Part shown: positions 48,857 through 62,400 of the stretch, piece by piece | How positions within the stretch are numbered: the first letter of the stretch is position 1 | How the letters are laid out: the number at the start of each line of letters is the position of its first letter | NCBI GenBank assembly: GCA_030324005.1 | Contig: JARDVH010000164.1 | Location: forward strand, 6,060,895-6,124,894 | Direction of reading: 5' to 3' | DNA: 64,000 bases | Origin: Negaprion brevirostris | Taxonomy: Eukaryota | The notes under the pieces: model-generated | Databases searched by the model: none | Told to the model about the DNA's origin: nothing | Seen by the model: the letters and a program-made list of their open reading frames with translations, nothing else | Translations under genes and position numbers: made by a program

Positions 48857-48949
48857 CTGTGAAACAAAATAATCTTTTTCATGTTGTCTGCCATTAGAAA
48901 GTTATAAAACCTCCGACATTGGTCCCATCGGAGGAATGTTTCTTGTGCC
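48857..48949 (-). CDS. ABHD2: ABHD2 coding exon (93 bp)
   Basis: tgcttag|G acceptor, AG|gtgact donor. Translates (R)AQETFLRWDQCRRFYNFLMADNMKKIILFH(R). Confidence 0.96.
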
Positions 48950-49959
48950 CTAAGCAAAGACAAAAGAAAATACCTTAAATATCAAAACAAAGCACAATTT
49001 GTCAAGAACTTTGCAAATTGATTTCTCCAGGGAATAAGAAGTCAATGTTACAAATGTAAAATAAAACAGTGATCCATTGAAATAGTTTGCTAAAGATCTT
49101 ACCTCTTAGGAAGCTCTTGCAATACCATTTTGATATTCTTAACCAAGAGACAAGATGTAGCTTCTTGTCCAGTAGGCAATCCTCCAACTTATCTCTCCCT
49201 TGAGGTTCTCTATGGTGTATCTAATCTACTACTACTGCTATAATCATTATTGGTCCAAATATATTGAACAGTGAGTGCTACTTTTTTCAACTTGATTATA
49301 GTAAAACTAAGTCATTGCAGAATCTTGTTTAAAAACTCATTCATTCCAGAAGCTAAAAGCCACGGAACGCTTCTCATCCATCCCACGTCACGTCCCATTC
49401 AGTATACAGGTGTCAAGATCTCGTATCACTTAGTCGCTGAATTGTCATTCACTTCATTTATTTTCACCTCTGATGGCGTTTTGCACGAAAGGTGATTGGC
49501 CCCCAATCCAACTAACACCGCACTGAGTTCACAAAATGGGCTTAACAAAACTCGCTCAATTAAGTTCAGTCGGTACCCTTAATAAATGCCTTGCAACAAC
49601 ATCTGCACTATGTTAATTATAGGAGTCAAGCCAGAGATTTATACAATTCTAGATAGTTTGGAGATACATCAAGCACGGCAGCTACTTTAATCTCCCAGTT
49701 TTGTTGAGTCAAAGGGGAGTAAATGCTACTTTCAGAATAACATTTTGACATAATAATTCTGTAAATACAAGAGAACTGCAGTGTCGCAAGAGAAGCCAGC
49801 CAACATGATGCAGCAGACTTGTTGTCAAGTTGCACCTCAAATCTAACGACGGTTGTAATTCTGAAGGTCTTATTTTATTACATTCAACAAAGTTATTTCG
49901 ACAAATGATCAGGAGAGGCAGGCTGGTGGGGGAAGGGGGAGGAGGAGGAGACAGGGAAG

Positions 49960-50130
49960 AGAGGAACACCCCTGTTCATTTTCGTAAGTGCTATGGGATT
50001 CTTGCATTCAGCTAACAGAGCAGATTGGAGCCTCAATAGTGCTGGAGCTTCAGACAGATGTTGTGTTCAGAACTCTCAAATAAGACTGGAACCCAAAGAT
50101 TGGGGTGAGAATACCACCACCTCAGCCATA
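49960..50130 (-). mobile_element. Old Deu-domain SINE fragment
   Basis: CCCCTGTTCATTTTCGTAAGTGCTATGGGATTCTT is the reverse of the AAGATCCCATGGCACT core. A similar head fragment lies at about 46507-46600. Confidence 0.5.
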
Positions 50131-51951
50131 AGTATAGAGTAACTACCTATAATTTGGCACAGACATTATCAGTAATTGGAGATACCAACATAAAAAAAAC
50201 CGAGGATTTAACATGGTAGGTTTTCTCATATCGCAGAGCTTTATCTTGAATATATATCTAATTACACTTTGAGAATACTGGGTGTAAAGAATGAAATGTG
50301 CCATTTGCCAATATAGATAGCAAAATAGAAACTAATACCTCAAAATGTCAATTCTGAGAAAAGCTCACTTGGTCCAACATTTCAGCTGTTAAAGGCCAAA
50401 CAAACACCCAGGGGGTGGGTTTTATTACCTGCTTATCCAGTGCAATGAATTAAGCTAAAATGCAATTAAGGCCAAGTGCTATAGATCAACTGTTCATTAA
50501 AAGTACTGGCCAGTAAGCCTGCATTCCAATGCATGGTTTTCATATTTAATTACGCAAGAGCTGTAAGCAGGAACTTTTCCCTGGGAGTTCATAAAGTTTA
50601 AGGTCAATTGTTACAAATTAGAGGGACAAACAGTTCCTTTGTAATGCCCAAGCTTTGCTCATATGAAACAAGGGTAGACTCTCAGCAAAACGGAAATCCA
50701 TTTAGCTTGTATAATGAAAGGAAAAAGATTGACATTAGTAATCAAATTGTAGGTGTAATTGGTTAAAAAAGATGTAGTACACTCATTTAATCACTAGAGG
50801 TCTTATCCTGCTTGTACCAACGGTGTACGATGACAGTTAAACTGCAAAAAGAATCTTTGGGGTTGTTAAGCAAAAATCTCATAAGGAAACTGTGCAATAG
50901 AGGTAAAAATTGAGAAGTAGCACAACCTTAAAATCCTCAGCATAAACCTCGATTAATAAAGCTACCTCTGGTTTTCAAACAGTTGATACCAAGTTGTCAG
51001 ACTGATAAATTCAGCAAAATAAGAATGAGCACTTTAAGGAGCAGAGGGTTAAGACAGGAAATCTCAAGTGAAGAATTCTGTGAACTGAAGGGTTAGGTGA
51101 AGCAACAGGCTAACAGGGAGCATTTGCTAAAGTTGTAACCTCTTATTTTATAATTTGTTGTTTCTTCAGGATCATGTACATTTGCTGCTAATGGCCGCTC
51201 TGTAACAAGGTTCTTAATTAATGTGTTGGAGACTTTACAAACTCTCTTTTCCTATCTTGTGGGAAACTGCTAAGCACAAGGGAAACAGTTTCCCTCAAAG
51301 ATCAGAATCCATGCAGGAAATCACAGGGGTTAAATCATATAGTCTATGATTTTGTGGCGCAATGATTTAGAGCACCGTCATGATTCCTTGCTGAACCTAA
51401 CTTTCAAAAAGGGTGACATTTTAAGTCACCTAATTTACTGTTTTAATTTGGATGTGATCATGAAGTCAATATCTTTGTCACACTTTGTTTTAGGATAAAC
51501 AGCTAAAAGCTGCTGTGTAAGATATTACCTCAACCAAATTCAATTAAGCTTCTGATGAGTCAAATAATCTTAAATATAACAACCCACAACACTCCAAGGA
51601 ATAGCTCAGATGTAACTTAAATTAAATGCCACCTCAGCAGGGATTAAAGGTTAGCATTGAAGCATAATTGTAACTGTACTAAAATTAACATGCTTTCATT
51701 TAGTGCCCCACTTTGAGTGAAATAAACTCAGTTTAATTAATTTGTATTCCCCATCCCCTTTTGCACTGTAACTGTTTAAGACATGACTTGTTTCAGTTTT
51801 GCAGTCTGGCACTAGCTAAACACTGAAGTAGTGTCAGCTTAGTGGCACTTGCCTCAGTGAAAAGTGGTGGATCATAACCCCAATTTTTATGAATTCCTTC
51901 ATGGAATGTGGGCATTGTTGGCTATGACAGCATTTATCACCCATCCTTTAG

Positions 51952-52188
51952 GGGCACAGTGGTTAGCACTGCTGCTTCCCAGTGCCAGGTTCGATTCCTG
52001 GCTTGGATCACTGTCTGTGTGGAGTTTGCACTTTCTCCCCATGTCTGCGTGGGTTTCCTCCCACATTCTAAAAGATGTGCTGCTTAGGTGCATTGACCTG
52101 AATAGGTGCTAGAGTAAGGGGACTAGGGGAATTTTGCAGTAACTTCATTGCAGTGTTAATGTAAGCCTTACTTGTGACACTAATAAAT
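51952..52188 (+). mobile_element. HE1-head SINE, tail B, nested in a minus-strand LINE tail
   Basis: The LINE tail at 51885-51950 resumes at about 52220 after the SINE. Confidence 0.8.
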
Positions 52189-54769
52189 ACATTTTTAAAC
52201 TCTCTTAAAATAAACTTTTTAAAAGGTGGTGGTGAGTTGCCTTCTTGAAATGCTGCAGTTCCTATTGGGTAGGTAGATCCACCTGTGCTGTTAGAAAGGG
52301 AGTTCTAGAATTTTGGCCGTGAAAAAATGGCATTAGTAGTTCTAAGTCAGGATAGTGTATTGCTTGAAGGGGGTGATATTCCCATCCATCTGCTCCTTCT
52401 AGGTGGTAGAGGTCATGGATTTGGAATCCAAAGGAGCCTGGGCGAGTAGCTGCAAGATAGTTGGAGGGGGCCAAATGATAACTTTACGTTCTATTGTTTC
52501 AAAATATCCCATAATATATTGTCCACTGCTGTGGCAGGGATATCTATCTGTTCAACAAACAGGACCTCTATTGATTTAGATCTAGTATCTGGGGTAACAA
52601 ATTAGTACTGCTATTTTGCAGCATCAGTGTTGAATAAATAATGAGAATTGACCTCCAATGCCAATGCAGGTAGAGTTATTTGTCCTTTAATCATTGGCTA
52701 ATTCCAGCTGAATAATTCTCTGAAAAAGGATTATAAAGCAAAGACTTGATATCTAACTGAAAAAGAAAACGAAGCATAAATGCATGAGAAAGGGAGAGGC
52801 TCATCTTCAACTACAGCTTAAAATAATTGCAAATTTCAGAAATACACTGCAAATCTTAAAAATGCAAATACCCTCTAGTCTGCAGAACATTATTCTGAAG
52901 TAAGCAGATTCTAAAGCTGCAATTTTTAAATGACTAGAAAAGGTTAATTGAGAACATTCCCACACACCCTTACCCCAACATTCCAATGGACTGTCATTCC
53001 CAGATTATTACAATGAGGTTTAACATTAGAAGATTTTGGAACTGTAACTTTAAATTTAGAGTGAATGAAGGGAGTCATGTGACCTGCCCTCAGGTCTGAG
53101 TGGCAAACCTGGGGATTTTGATTGTTACAGATCAAAAGAAGGTTGTCTGTATTGCTGACGAGGCCAAGGTATTTAGGTTTGGAGACAATGCTGCACTCTG
53201 AGTTTACATAAAAAATAGGAGCAGGAGTAGGCCATCCAGCCCTTCGAGCCTGCCCCGCCATTCAATAAGATCATGGCTGATCNNNNNNNNNNNNNNNNNN
53301 NNNNNNNNNNNNNNNNNNNNNNNNNNNNNNNNNNNNNNNNNNNNNNNNNNNNNNNNNNNNNNNNNNNNNNNNNNNNNNNNNNAACAGGTAATTTCTTATC
53401 TGTCTCTCTGCTCCAGCAAACAATGGAAGGCTTCACCGTGTGAGCCCACAAGTACAGCCCAGTCTCTTAAAATCTCTGAAAGGTGCAAATAGGCATCAGG
53501 TTGTAAACAGCTGTGCTGAAAATTATTCATTTAATTCCAAGAAAATAAGTTGGGGGTCAGTTTTACCTGAATGCCATGTTGCCATGGGAAAAGAGGGCAG
53601 AGGAAGTCATTGAGATCAGAATACAGACTTCCCTATAAATCACTGAATATGCAGACAGCAAAGGTTGTGTGGCCAGCAGAGAGAAAAGGCTACTTGACTT
53701 TTTAAGCTAACATACAATGAGGCAGAAGGGAGACAGTCTTTGGTCAAAGAGATGCATATTCAGCCTTTTATGGTTTCTTATAATTTGTTCTGGCCAGAGG
53801 GAAGAAGAATTATTGGAATGGGCTTTGCTGTCAGTAGCAGATTTAAGGAAAAAACTGAGGGGAGTGCCGATGGCATCTTAAGTTACTACTGAGCAAACTG
53901 GGGATATAGAAACCCATTGAAAGTGGGAATAACTGTTTGCCAAAATACTAATTTTGTGGAGAGTGCAATGGATGGTAAATATACAAGGGGAATGTTACTT
54001 TTCATAATTAAAGTTGCCTACAAAATATTATTCCTGCTTTTTAAAAGTAATTTTCCACAGTAGAAGTTTAAAACGTGAAAGCTTGTTAGGTCATTCTTTT
54101 AGCTAATAACTGGAAGTTTGTATATTTTAAAAGTTACCATCACTGTGGAGAAAAATGCTGCATTAAAATTTATTGCATCATTGCCTACACAACATATTAT
54201 GCACTGGAATTTTGAACGGGAAAACTCCTTGCTGCCCAAGGCTCCCTCTATTAATTTACTTAAAGCCTAAGCTTGCTAACACTTGGTTACTTTGACTTAC
54301 CCAATCTTCTCTATTCTCTTCAGTCTTGAGTGTATTTTATAGAAGCCTTTAAAAAGTGTAGTGCGGTGTATTTGTATTGAAATATAAAGTCAAATTAGAA
54401 ATCATATATATGTTCCAATTCTGTCCAAGATTGATGAGTTGATTCATAACTTCTATATTTTTATCTGAGGTTCTACTACATTATCTAATCTGTACTAAAG
54501 TCTGTAATTTAGTCCTTAACCGCATAAGACACACTAAATATACTGTATTTGACTGTAGTTCTTTGATTTACCCAAACTTTTGATACAGCATGCATTGCTT
54601 ACTCACAATTACAGACTGTGATTTGATTTAGAGGCCAAAATGTTATGTTAAAAAATAGATCCAACACACGTACAGAAGGGCAATTAACTAGCAGAATTTT
54701 AAAATCTGTCTGAAACTTTTTTTAGAACTTGCTCTCAATAACGAATCAACAAATCAACGTGTAAAGTGT

Positions 54770-55290
54770 GATGATTAACTTTCCACTTGCCTTGGAGAGT
54801 GAAGCTCCAACACCACGTAAGAAACATGACACCATCCCGGACAAAGAAGCCTGCTTGACTGGCACGCCACTTACCACCTCCAACTCTATTTACCACCAGA
54901 CAATGGCAGCAGTGTGTACCATCAGAAGATGCACTGCAGCACCTCACCAAGCCTCCTTCAGCAGCATTTTCCAAAGCTGTGATCTCTTAATACTTATGAT
55001 GTGGGTATGCCGGCTTAATACTTAGCAGGACAACGGTAACACCAAGGGAACACCATCAGCTGCAAGTTCCCCTCCAAACCACACACCATTCTGACTTGGA
55101 ATAATGTCACCATTCTTTCACTGTCGGTCAGTGAAAATGCTGAACTCACTCCCTAGTACCACTGAGTGCGCTGATACCACACAGACTGCAGCAAGATGAT
55201 GGCTCAACATCACTTCGCAGGAGCAATTAGGGATGGACAACAAATGTTGGCCCAGCCAGCAAGACCTACATCCCTTGAAAGAATAAAAAT
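54770..55290 (+). mobile_element. LINE 3' region (partner of the second SINE family)
   Basis: ...GACACCATCCCGGACAAAGAAGCCTGCTTGACTGGCAC...GCAATTAGGGATGGACAACAAATGTTGGCCCAGCCAGC...GAATAAAA. Confidence 0.7.
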
Positions 55291-55399
55291 TACAACTTTA
55301 AGCCAGCATTCACTATAAAATTCAGATTCCTATGATAAACGCATGCATCATTAAACAATTTCAGTTTTTTCCCTCTTCTCCTGAAGAAACAAAGGTTTC

Positions 55400-56570
55400 T
55401 GGAAGCCTTATGGTTCCTTCTACAAAGCACTATTCGTTATGCCTGTCCTTAAACACAAATGTCAAGTTTGCTATTAAAGCCCTGACCTTTTCCTTACCTG
55501 ATACACTTGGCCAGTGTTTGTTGAGTTGAGTTATGTCACAGAAAAGGAGCATATTTTGTTTTCTTTCATTCCTACCTCAGTCATAGCCACAGAGTCGCCT
55601 TCGAAAACTATTTTCTCACTAGATGTTTGCCTTAATGTCCCCAAGGATCTGTGGCTCCTTCCTGTTTTGCAAATGCATGCCATCATCCAGCAACATTGTC
55701 CAAAATGTTAATCTGCACACACCGATGACACCCACTTCTACCTTACCTCAACCTTCCACTAACTGCCAAAACCATTCGTCTGACATCCATTACAAGGCAA
55801 GTAGACGTTTCCTTAAACTATTAAGAAAAGCAAAGCCATTGGGTTGGATTCTCTGACCCTTGCTCGCAGCCAGGATTCTCCCTCCCATCCTGCTGCAACA
55901 AATGGAGATTTGGCTGAGTGCCAAAATCTCCATCTGCGCTGGCAGTGGCGACAGGGCACGCACGGCTGGAGAACTCTGGATTTTGTCTTCAGTAGCTGCT
56001 ACAATTTCTGTTCCTTAGCATCATCTGTTACTTAGCCACTGATTCCATCCCTCTCCATGGCAATTGTGTGTGGCTGAACCACTGTTTACAATCTTGGTCT
56101 TATATTTGACCCCCAAAACAGTTTCTGGCTACACACTAGAACCATCTATTTCTACCTCTAACATTGCCAACTAACACCCACCATCCACCTCAACTCATCT
56201 GCTGCTGAGACCCTAAATTATATCTTTATTAGTCCCTTAGTCTCAACTTCTCTCATGCACTCCTGACCATTCTTTTACATTTTACACTCTATAAACTTGG
56301 GGTCATACAAAATTTCCTCCAGCTTTACAACTCTTCAAGATACCTGCCCATCTTCAGTTTCAGCTTCGTGCATACCCCCAATTTTAAATCACTCCAACAT
56401 TGATGGCTGTGTCTTCAGCCTCCAAGCTCCAGAACTCTGGAGTTCCCTCCCTTCCTCTCGTGCCTCCTTTACAACACTCTTTTAAACCTACCTCTGATGA
56501 GCTTTTGGCCATTTGCCTCAATGTGCCAAAGTGCTAAATTTTGATTGATAACTCTCCTGCTTTGTATAAT
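55400..56570 (+). mobile_element. Degenerate L2-type LINE interrupted by a hairpin MITE (~55841-55981)
   Basis: GTCCCCAAGGATCTGTGGCTCCTTCCTGTTT (VPQGS-like) and ACCGATGACACCCAC (ADDTQ-like) RT relics plus an L2 tail. The MITE has ATGGAGATTTGGC/GCCAAAATCTCCAT arms. Confidence 0.65.
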
Positions 56571-57252
56571 AATTTACGCTTAGCATCGAAAAGAGATGGT
56601 CCGTAGGAATTTTAAAAATTTAATGCATTGCTAGCTGCTCTTGAAAACTGCACTGAAACTTCTGATCGCCGGAGATGCTCGAGTCTTGCATTGAAAGATG
56701 AGAAGCTAAGATCCTAAGGTAAATGGATGGGTTGGGGATGTGGGTGAGAGAAATTGGCCTCAGTGTGTACAGCATGTACCCAGAAATTAGAAGTTTGATT
56801 TTTCTAACTTTTTTGGGATAACTATTGGTGTAATCCTGGCAGAACTAGCCAAAGTTAGCAAGTTAAATTGCATTTTCTGATGGTTTCCAGAAGTAGTTAG
56901 CACTTGTGGGCAAATGCTGTGCAAACCCTTAGCTGTAAAGTTCTTAATGGATTCCTCAACATATCTGAGGTATTCCCCAAAATCTAATGCTGGGGAACTT
57001 GTAAATTATAGACATGTTTTATTATGTTAAAGGTCTTATGTACATGTTTTTGCTGTTCTCTAGTTATAGACTACTGAAGTCAACTGTCTTAGTTGAACAA
57101 TTGGGCATTGTACCAGAAGACATCTGGTTTGTTTGGCTCAGTATCACACTACATGGTTCATTTAGCCTTGCTGAATCAATTTAGCATTTCAAGCTTATTT
57201 TATTGCACACTGGAACGAATGTGTGTACATATTACACGTTGAACCAACTCAC

Positions 57253-57436
57253 CGCAATGCACTGTAGCCTTGACAAACACTGATGCAACAAAGCACCTTC
57301 TCCTGATTTGCTCGATTCTCTCCAAGGTATTTGCAAACAATGTTTCCACCCAGACTGAAACCCACAACGACCAGCTGTGTCTGAGGGAAGGTTTTCATTA
57401 TGTAATTTACCATGGCACCAAACTCCCATGTACAAC
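57253..57436 (-). CDS. ABHD2: ABHD2 coding exon (184 bp) containing the GFSLG nucleophile elbow; upstream exons not found in the window
   Basis: tttatag|GT acceptor, CG|gtgagt donor on -. Translates (G)CTWEFGAMVNYIMKTFPQTQLVVVGFSLGGNIVCKYLGENRANQEKVLCCISVCQGYSAL(R). Confidence 0.97.
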
Positions 57437-58723
57437 CTATAAAGAAAATACCAGTTAACTTTCAAAGTACCAGAATGAAGTGCCAAAATAACTGAAGAAA
57501 AAACAGATTTTGCAACAATTTGTTCTAACACTTAAATCCACATTAATTCCATTCCATCCAATTTCTTCTACAGATTCTACTACCTGCACTCTGGCAATCT
57601 GACCAGTTGAGAGGCGCAAGTAGTACTCTGAAACAGGTTAGAAACATATAGAAGGAAACAAATTAATTGTCAGAAATATAACATTGCTCGAGTTGGGAAT
57701 CACTTAAGGGGCTTTTGATTCTACTTACTTTAGGTGACTTTACAAAAACACCAGCAATAGCTTATGTCCAATCTCCCAGTGTTGTATTAAAATTGGAAGC
57801 TGCACACAGCATGCCCTAGTTTTGCAGAACAGATCATACCCACACTAACATTGAGCAAATACTTTTCTCATCAGTAATAGGTCAAAGATTTCCAATTCCA
57901 GATTGAAGGCCGTGCTATCAAGAAGGAGTAGTTTAGACAAGGGCGGATTCTACAGAAATTAACTGATAACACATGATAATTAACCATAGTTCACCAATAG
58001 GCACTCCTCTCTCTGTCAGAATGAGAAATGATTATTAAGCTGAGAGGCACCACTCCATATCAAGCATGGGAGGCATGCCTCATTGAAATACGACAAGTAC
58101 AAGGTTTGAACCAACACCAGTGGCACAATTCTGCACCATTCTGCCCATCTGGTTAACTGATACCGACTCATGCAGTTGTTAAAATGTGAATGCAAAACAA
58201 ACCAAAAAAATCTAACAACCTACTGCAGGCAAAATTGTTCATACCTTCTTCCAGTCATGACCAACATGCCTACGTCACAATACTGTCAGGCTTGTGCTAG
58301 TGCACTAGGAACTGATAGCTAACTACTCATTTCAGTCACGTACGTATTTATTTAGTGGAAGACTTAATGAGCTTTGGCTTACCAAAGAGGACGACCCTTG
58401 GGGTGTTTTCTTGATTAAATTAGTGGAAAGATGAGTTAGGTATACAGGATCATATTGTCCTGTCATATTAGAAATGGGAGGAGCTAGGTTTGTAACAAAG
58501 AAAAACAGCTGAGCAGGACTAACTTTCTCTGGAAGTTCCAAAGCTGTTACAGGTTAAAGTGTGCCTGGATTTGCTAACTATTTCTAAAGTAGGGTTTAAG
58601 TCTATAAGAGAAGTATTGCTTAATTTGAACTGAATAGTAATAAATTAGAAGTTAAGAGTTGTTTCTTTTCACGTTTAAAGATTGTTCAAGAGTTAAACTG
58701 TTTCATTTTGTTAGAGTTACACC

Positions 58724-59069
58724 TCATAGAATTATAGAAACCCTACAGTGGAGAAAGAGATCACTTGGCCCATCAAGTCTGCACCAGCCACAATCCCACC
58801 CAGGCCCTACCCCATACTCTACATATTTACCCACTAATCCCTCTAATCTACACATCTCAGGACACTAAGGGGCAATTTTTAGCATGGCCAATCAACCTAA
58901 CCCACACACCTTTGCACTGTGGGAGGAAACCGGAGCACCCAGAGGAAACCCACGCAGACATGAGGGGAAAGTGCAAACTCCACACAGACAGTGATCCAAG
59001 CTGGGAATCAAACCCAGGTCCCTGGGGCTGTGAAACAGCAGTGCTAACCACTATGCTACCGTGCCGCCC
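58724..59069 (-). mobile_element. HE1-type SINE, full length
   Basis: Full reverse-complement copy from GGGCGGCACGGTAGCATAGTGGTTAGCAC to the TTCTAT tail. Confidence 0.9.
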
Positions 59070-59244
59070 ATAAAGTGTGTTATGAATAAAGTTTGTTTTG
59101 TTACAAAAAATCTCTAATTTGTCAGTGGAGTTACTCCTGGAGTAAAGCACCCTTTCTTCACATTTATGCCAAAATAGAAAAATTGTTGGGGTCTAGTCTG
59201 GCTTCAAAATATATCTTGGGGTTTCTGAGCTGGCACCTTAACAG

Positions 59245-59497
59245 AGATGAGGAATTTCTTCTGAGGGTAGCAAATCTGGAATTTTTTAAACCAGAGGGCT
59301 GTGGGGGTTGGGTCTTTAGGTACCTTCAAGTTAAGACAGACATATTTTTAAAATCAGTAATATTTTTAATCAAGAGTTATGGGAATAAGGCAGGAAAGTG
59401 GAGTTAAGGATCATCATTTTAGATCAGTCATGATCTCACTGAATAGCAGAGTAGACTCAAGGCCAAATGGCCAACTTCTATTCCTATCTCATGGTCT
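59245..59497 (+). mobile_element. CR1-type LINE 3' end
   Basis: GAGATGAGGAATTTCTTCTGAGGGTAGCAAATCTGGAATT...ATCAGTCATGATCTCACTGAATAGCAGAG...ATGGTCTT. Confidence 0.75.
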
Positions 59498-62400
59498 TCA
59501 GAGAGATACTGGAAAATCTCTTCTCCCTCAAATATTATCAAGCGAACCCAAAATAATTTTAGATGGAGGCGGCTATTTAATTTGTTTTGGTTCACCCATG
59601 CAGAAGGACTCAGTGTTCTTTTCTCCATGTACGTCTTTACCCTCCATCCGAACAGGAAGACAGAACAAAGTATTGTATTCAAAGAATGGATTATAACCAT
59701 GATCCAGAGGTGACAGCACAGCCAATTAAGACAATTATTGAATACATGAAAGGAATAATTTGATTAAGGACAACTTGTCTTGTTGAGATTTAAAAACATT
59801 TTCCTCAAGTCATGAGCTCTTCCCATCTAGTTAATCTGGTCATTTAAAAAAAGGATTTAGAACCCAGCCAAGGCACTTGGATAGGGACACCTTCAGATAA
59901 CGGGGGAAATCAAATGCCAATATCAGTTGTTGAGATTTGAAAACCAGATAATTAGAGGAAGGGAAGAATGAATAAAGTAGACTTCCTAATTTTTGAGTTT
60001 AGTGAAGAGCAGAAACCATATGGTGCAACATGAGATTCAGCTTTTTTTTTGAGGTCAGAGGGGTGGAGGGAGAAGCAAATACATAACACGTTCAGTGCCA
60101 TTTCTTTAGCAAATGATCTATTACCAAAGCATTCAGCTGTCGTTGCGAGAAGAAATTACTAAGAACTTACATGCTTACACAGTTTTACTCCCACCCCCCA
60201 CATCAATAACAGGCAATTCTGAACTACGGCAGGAGAATCAAGGCTGTTCTGCCCTTACCTACATATTGGAAATAGAAATATTTGGGTGCATCAGGCCTGT
60301 AGGGATGGGATTCACCAAACACTGGTGGATTCAGAACAGATTCATGTACTTTTGTGGCCTATTTCTTTCCATCTCTTCCAAGTCTACCTATGATGTAGCA
60401 CAATTTCAGAAATGGCCAGTTCTTGTCGACAGATCTATTTTTGAAAGGAGTGTAGTTGACTGTCACTGTGACCAAAGAGCTATACAAAATATAACTTACT
60501 GCATAAGACGCGCATGTGTTTTAAATTTGTAAAAAAATCAAAGGGCTCGGATGACAAACTATTCAAGGCTTTGTAGTTTATATCAGAGTCTTAAAATCAT
60601 CTAGAAGCTTTGTAACTGAATTAAAGTGCAATGTGTTCATAACTGATAACTTTGATTTAAGTACGATAATTTTATTTGATCTCATGCCCATCCATCAGCA
60701 TTGCGTTAGACTGCTGTATGTTTACAAATAGTTGTTTTGTTGACATCTGTAATAGAAACCAGTGTATTTTTTCAGAATGGGAGCGAAAGGGGGGGTGGGG
60801 AGGATTGCACGTATAGATGAGAGCTAAAATTTCTGAAAATAAATCAATTTTTGTGGGGGAGCAGGCAGAAGACCCAAATTGGGGCTGCACTACAACGTCA
60901 AAAACAAGAGTTTTCTTGCCCAACTCTAATCACAATAGAACTACGTCAATTTAATTATTCACATGTTAAGAGCTGTTTGATTAGCATTTGGCTAAATGAA
61001 TCTAGACAATGCACGAGCAGGCTATTGAAATGTTAATTTTAATTTTTAAAAAGCAGGAAAAAGGTATAAATCACTTCCAAGAAACAAAAGCAGCTGACAG
61101 GACTTTGAAATGCAGAAATATCTGCAGCAAACAAAATTAACAATTAAATATGCCTCAGACGTGAGATAGAGCATTTCTCTTCCATTCAACAATATGCTCT
61201 ACATCCATGTTAATTTTTAAGCCAGTTCATTGTAAACAATTGTTATCAATTTGATTAAAGAATAAGAGAGCTCCATATTTATCTTAGTAATATAATTCAG
61301 ACATTAAGTTGGCCCTGGCAGTAGTATTAAAAATGTACAAGAAAACCAACAACTCAGCTGATGAATGTTAAACCTTTATATAATTAAACTCAGCATCAAA
61401 GTTCAAACAGACGTGAAACCAAAAGGGCTTTTCAACTGATGAAGTGTTGCCAACAGTGCAGGCACTGTAATCAGATAGCAGCAGACAACAAAATACTCGT
61501 GGCACTGAGGATTCAACTGATTTGGGATTCCCACAGCTGTTAAAGGCTTACAAAATAAGGTTTTTCCTTTTCACTGGTAAGGGCAGCATCTATTGTCCAT
61601 CCTTATTTGTTCTGGAGGAGGCAGTGGTGAGCCACCTTCTTAACTGTGGTGTAGGGTACAGAAATTCCATTGGCACTGCCTCTGCCGTATTTTCCACATC
61701 CAAAGACAGGACTGTCGCACAACCTTCTTGCAACCTAGCCCACGAACTCCTGAGAAACTAACTTCAATAGACTGGACACTTGTCTGGATGGCTGCAAACT
61801 GTCTCTTCTGCCAGTTCTTTTTCAAATGGCAAGTGTTCCAGAAGAATACAAAGAAAATACTTCAAAATTCACCATGAAGCTCTTCTTAACATGTGGTCAC
61901 ATTGAACTTAAACAATTGGGACGAGTTTACTACCATTTGTATTATGCCTTTGAATCTCAAAGCCCTAATGATCAGGCAGGGCAGCAGCAGGGAAGGAAAG
62001 AAAGGGAAGCAAATCATGCATATTGGATTCCACTACCTTGAGGGACATCCTGCCTTACAGGTTGAGAATTGGCCTGTTCAGTCATACGAAGACCACTGCA
62101 GAAACTCATGAGCCAGTGGATGTCATCCTCGAATCAATGGACAGCTGACAACAACAGGGTAGGGCGCATCCGACAGATAGTTAAGTGTCTGGAGTTTTAC
62201 CCAGCAATGGCAAATGGATGGTGATATTTCCAAGTTGGATGGGTGGGTGGGCAGAGGGGGGGGACGACGACTTGCAAACGATGGTGTTCCCTTTCACCTG
62301 CTGTTTTGTTTTTGTTAGGCACTGGAGATCACAAATATGGAAGGTGCTGTTGCAGATTAGTCTTTCATGCATCAGTGATACATGAGTTGAAGTTTAAAAA

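Noticed and set aside
51553-51600. Other CTGATGA motifs as intact hammerhead ribozymes (also 34563, 56494 and 61436)
   Set aside because: None is followed by stem II and GAAA.
53040-54170. Possible solo LTR-like sequence
   Set aside because: No second LTR, PBS or clear TG..CA ends with a TSD could be established.
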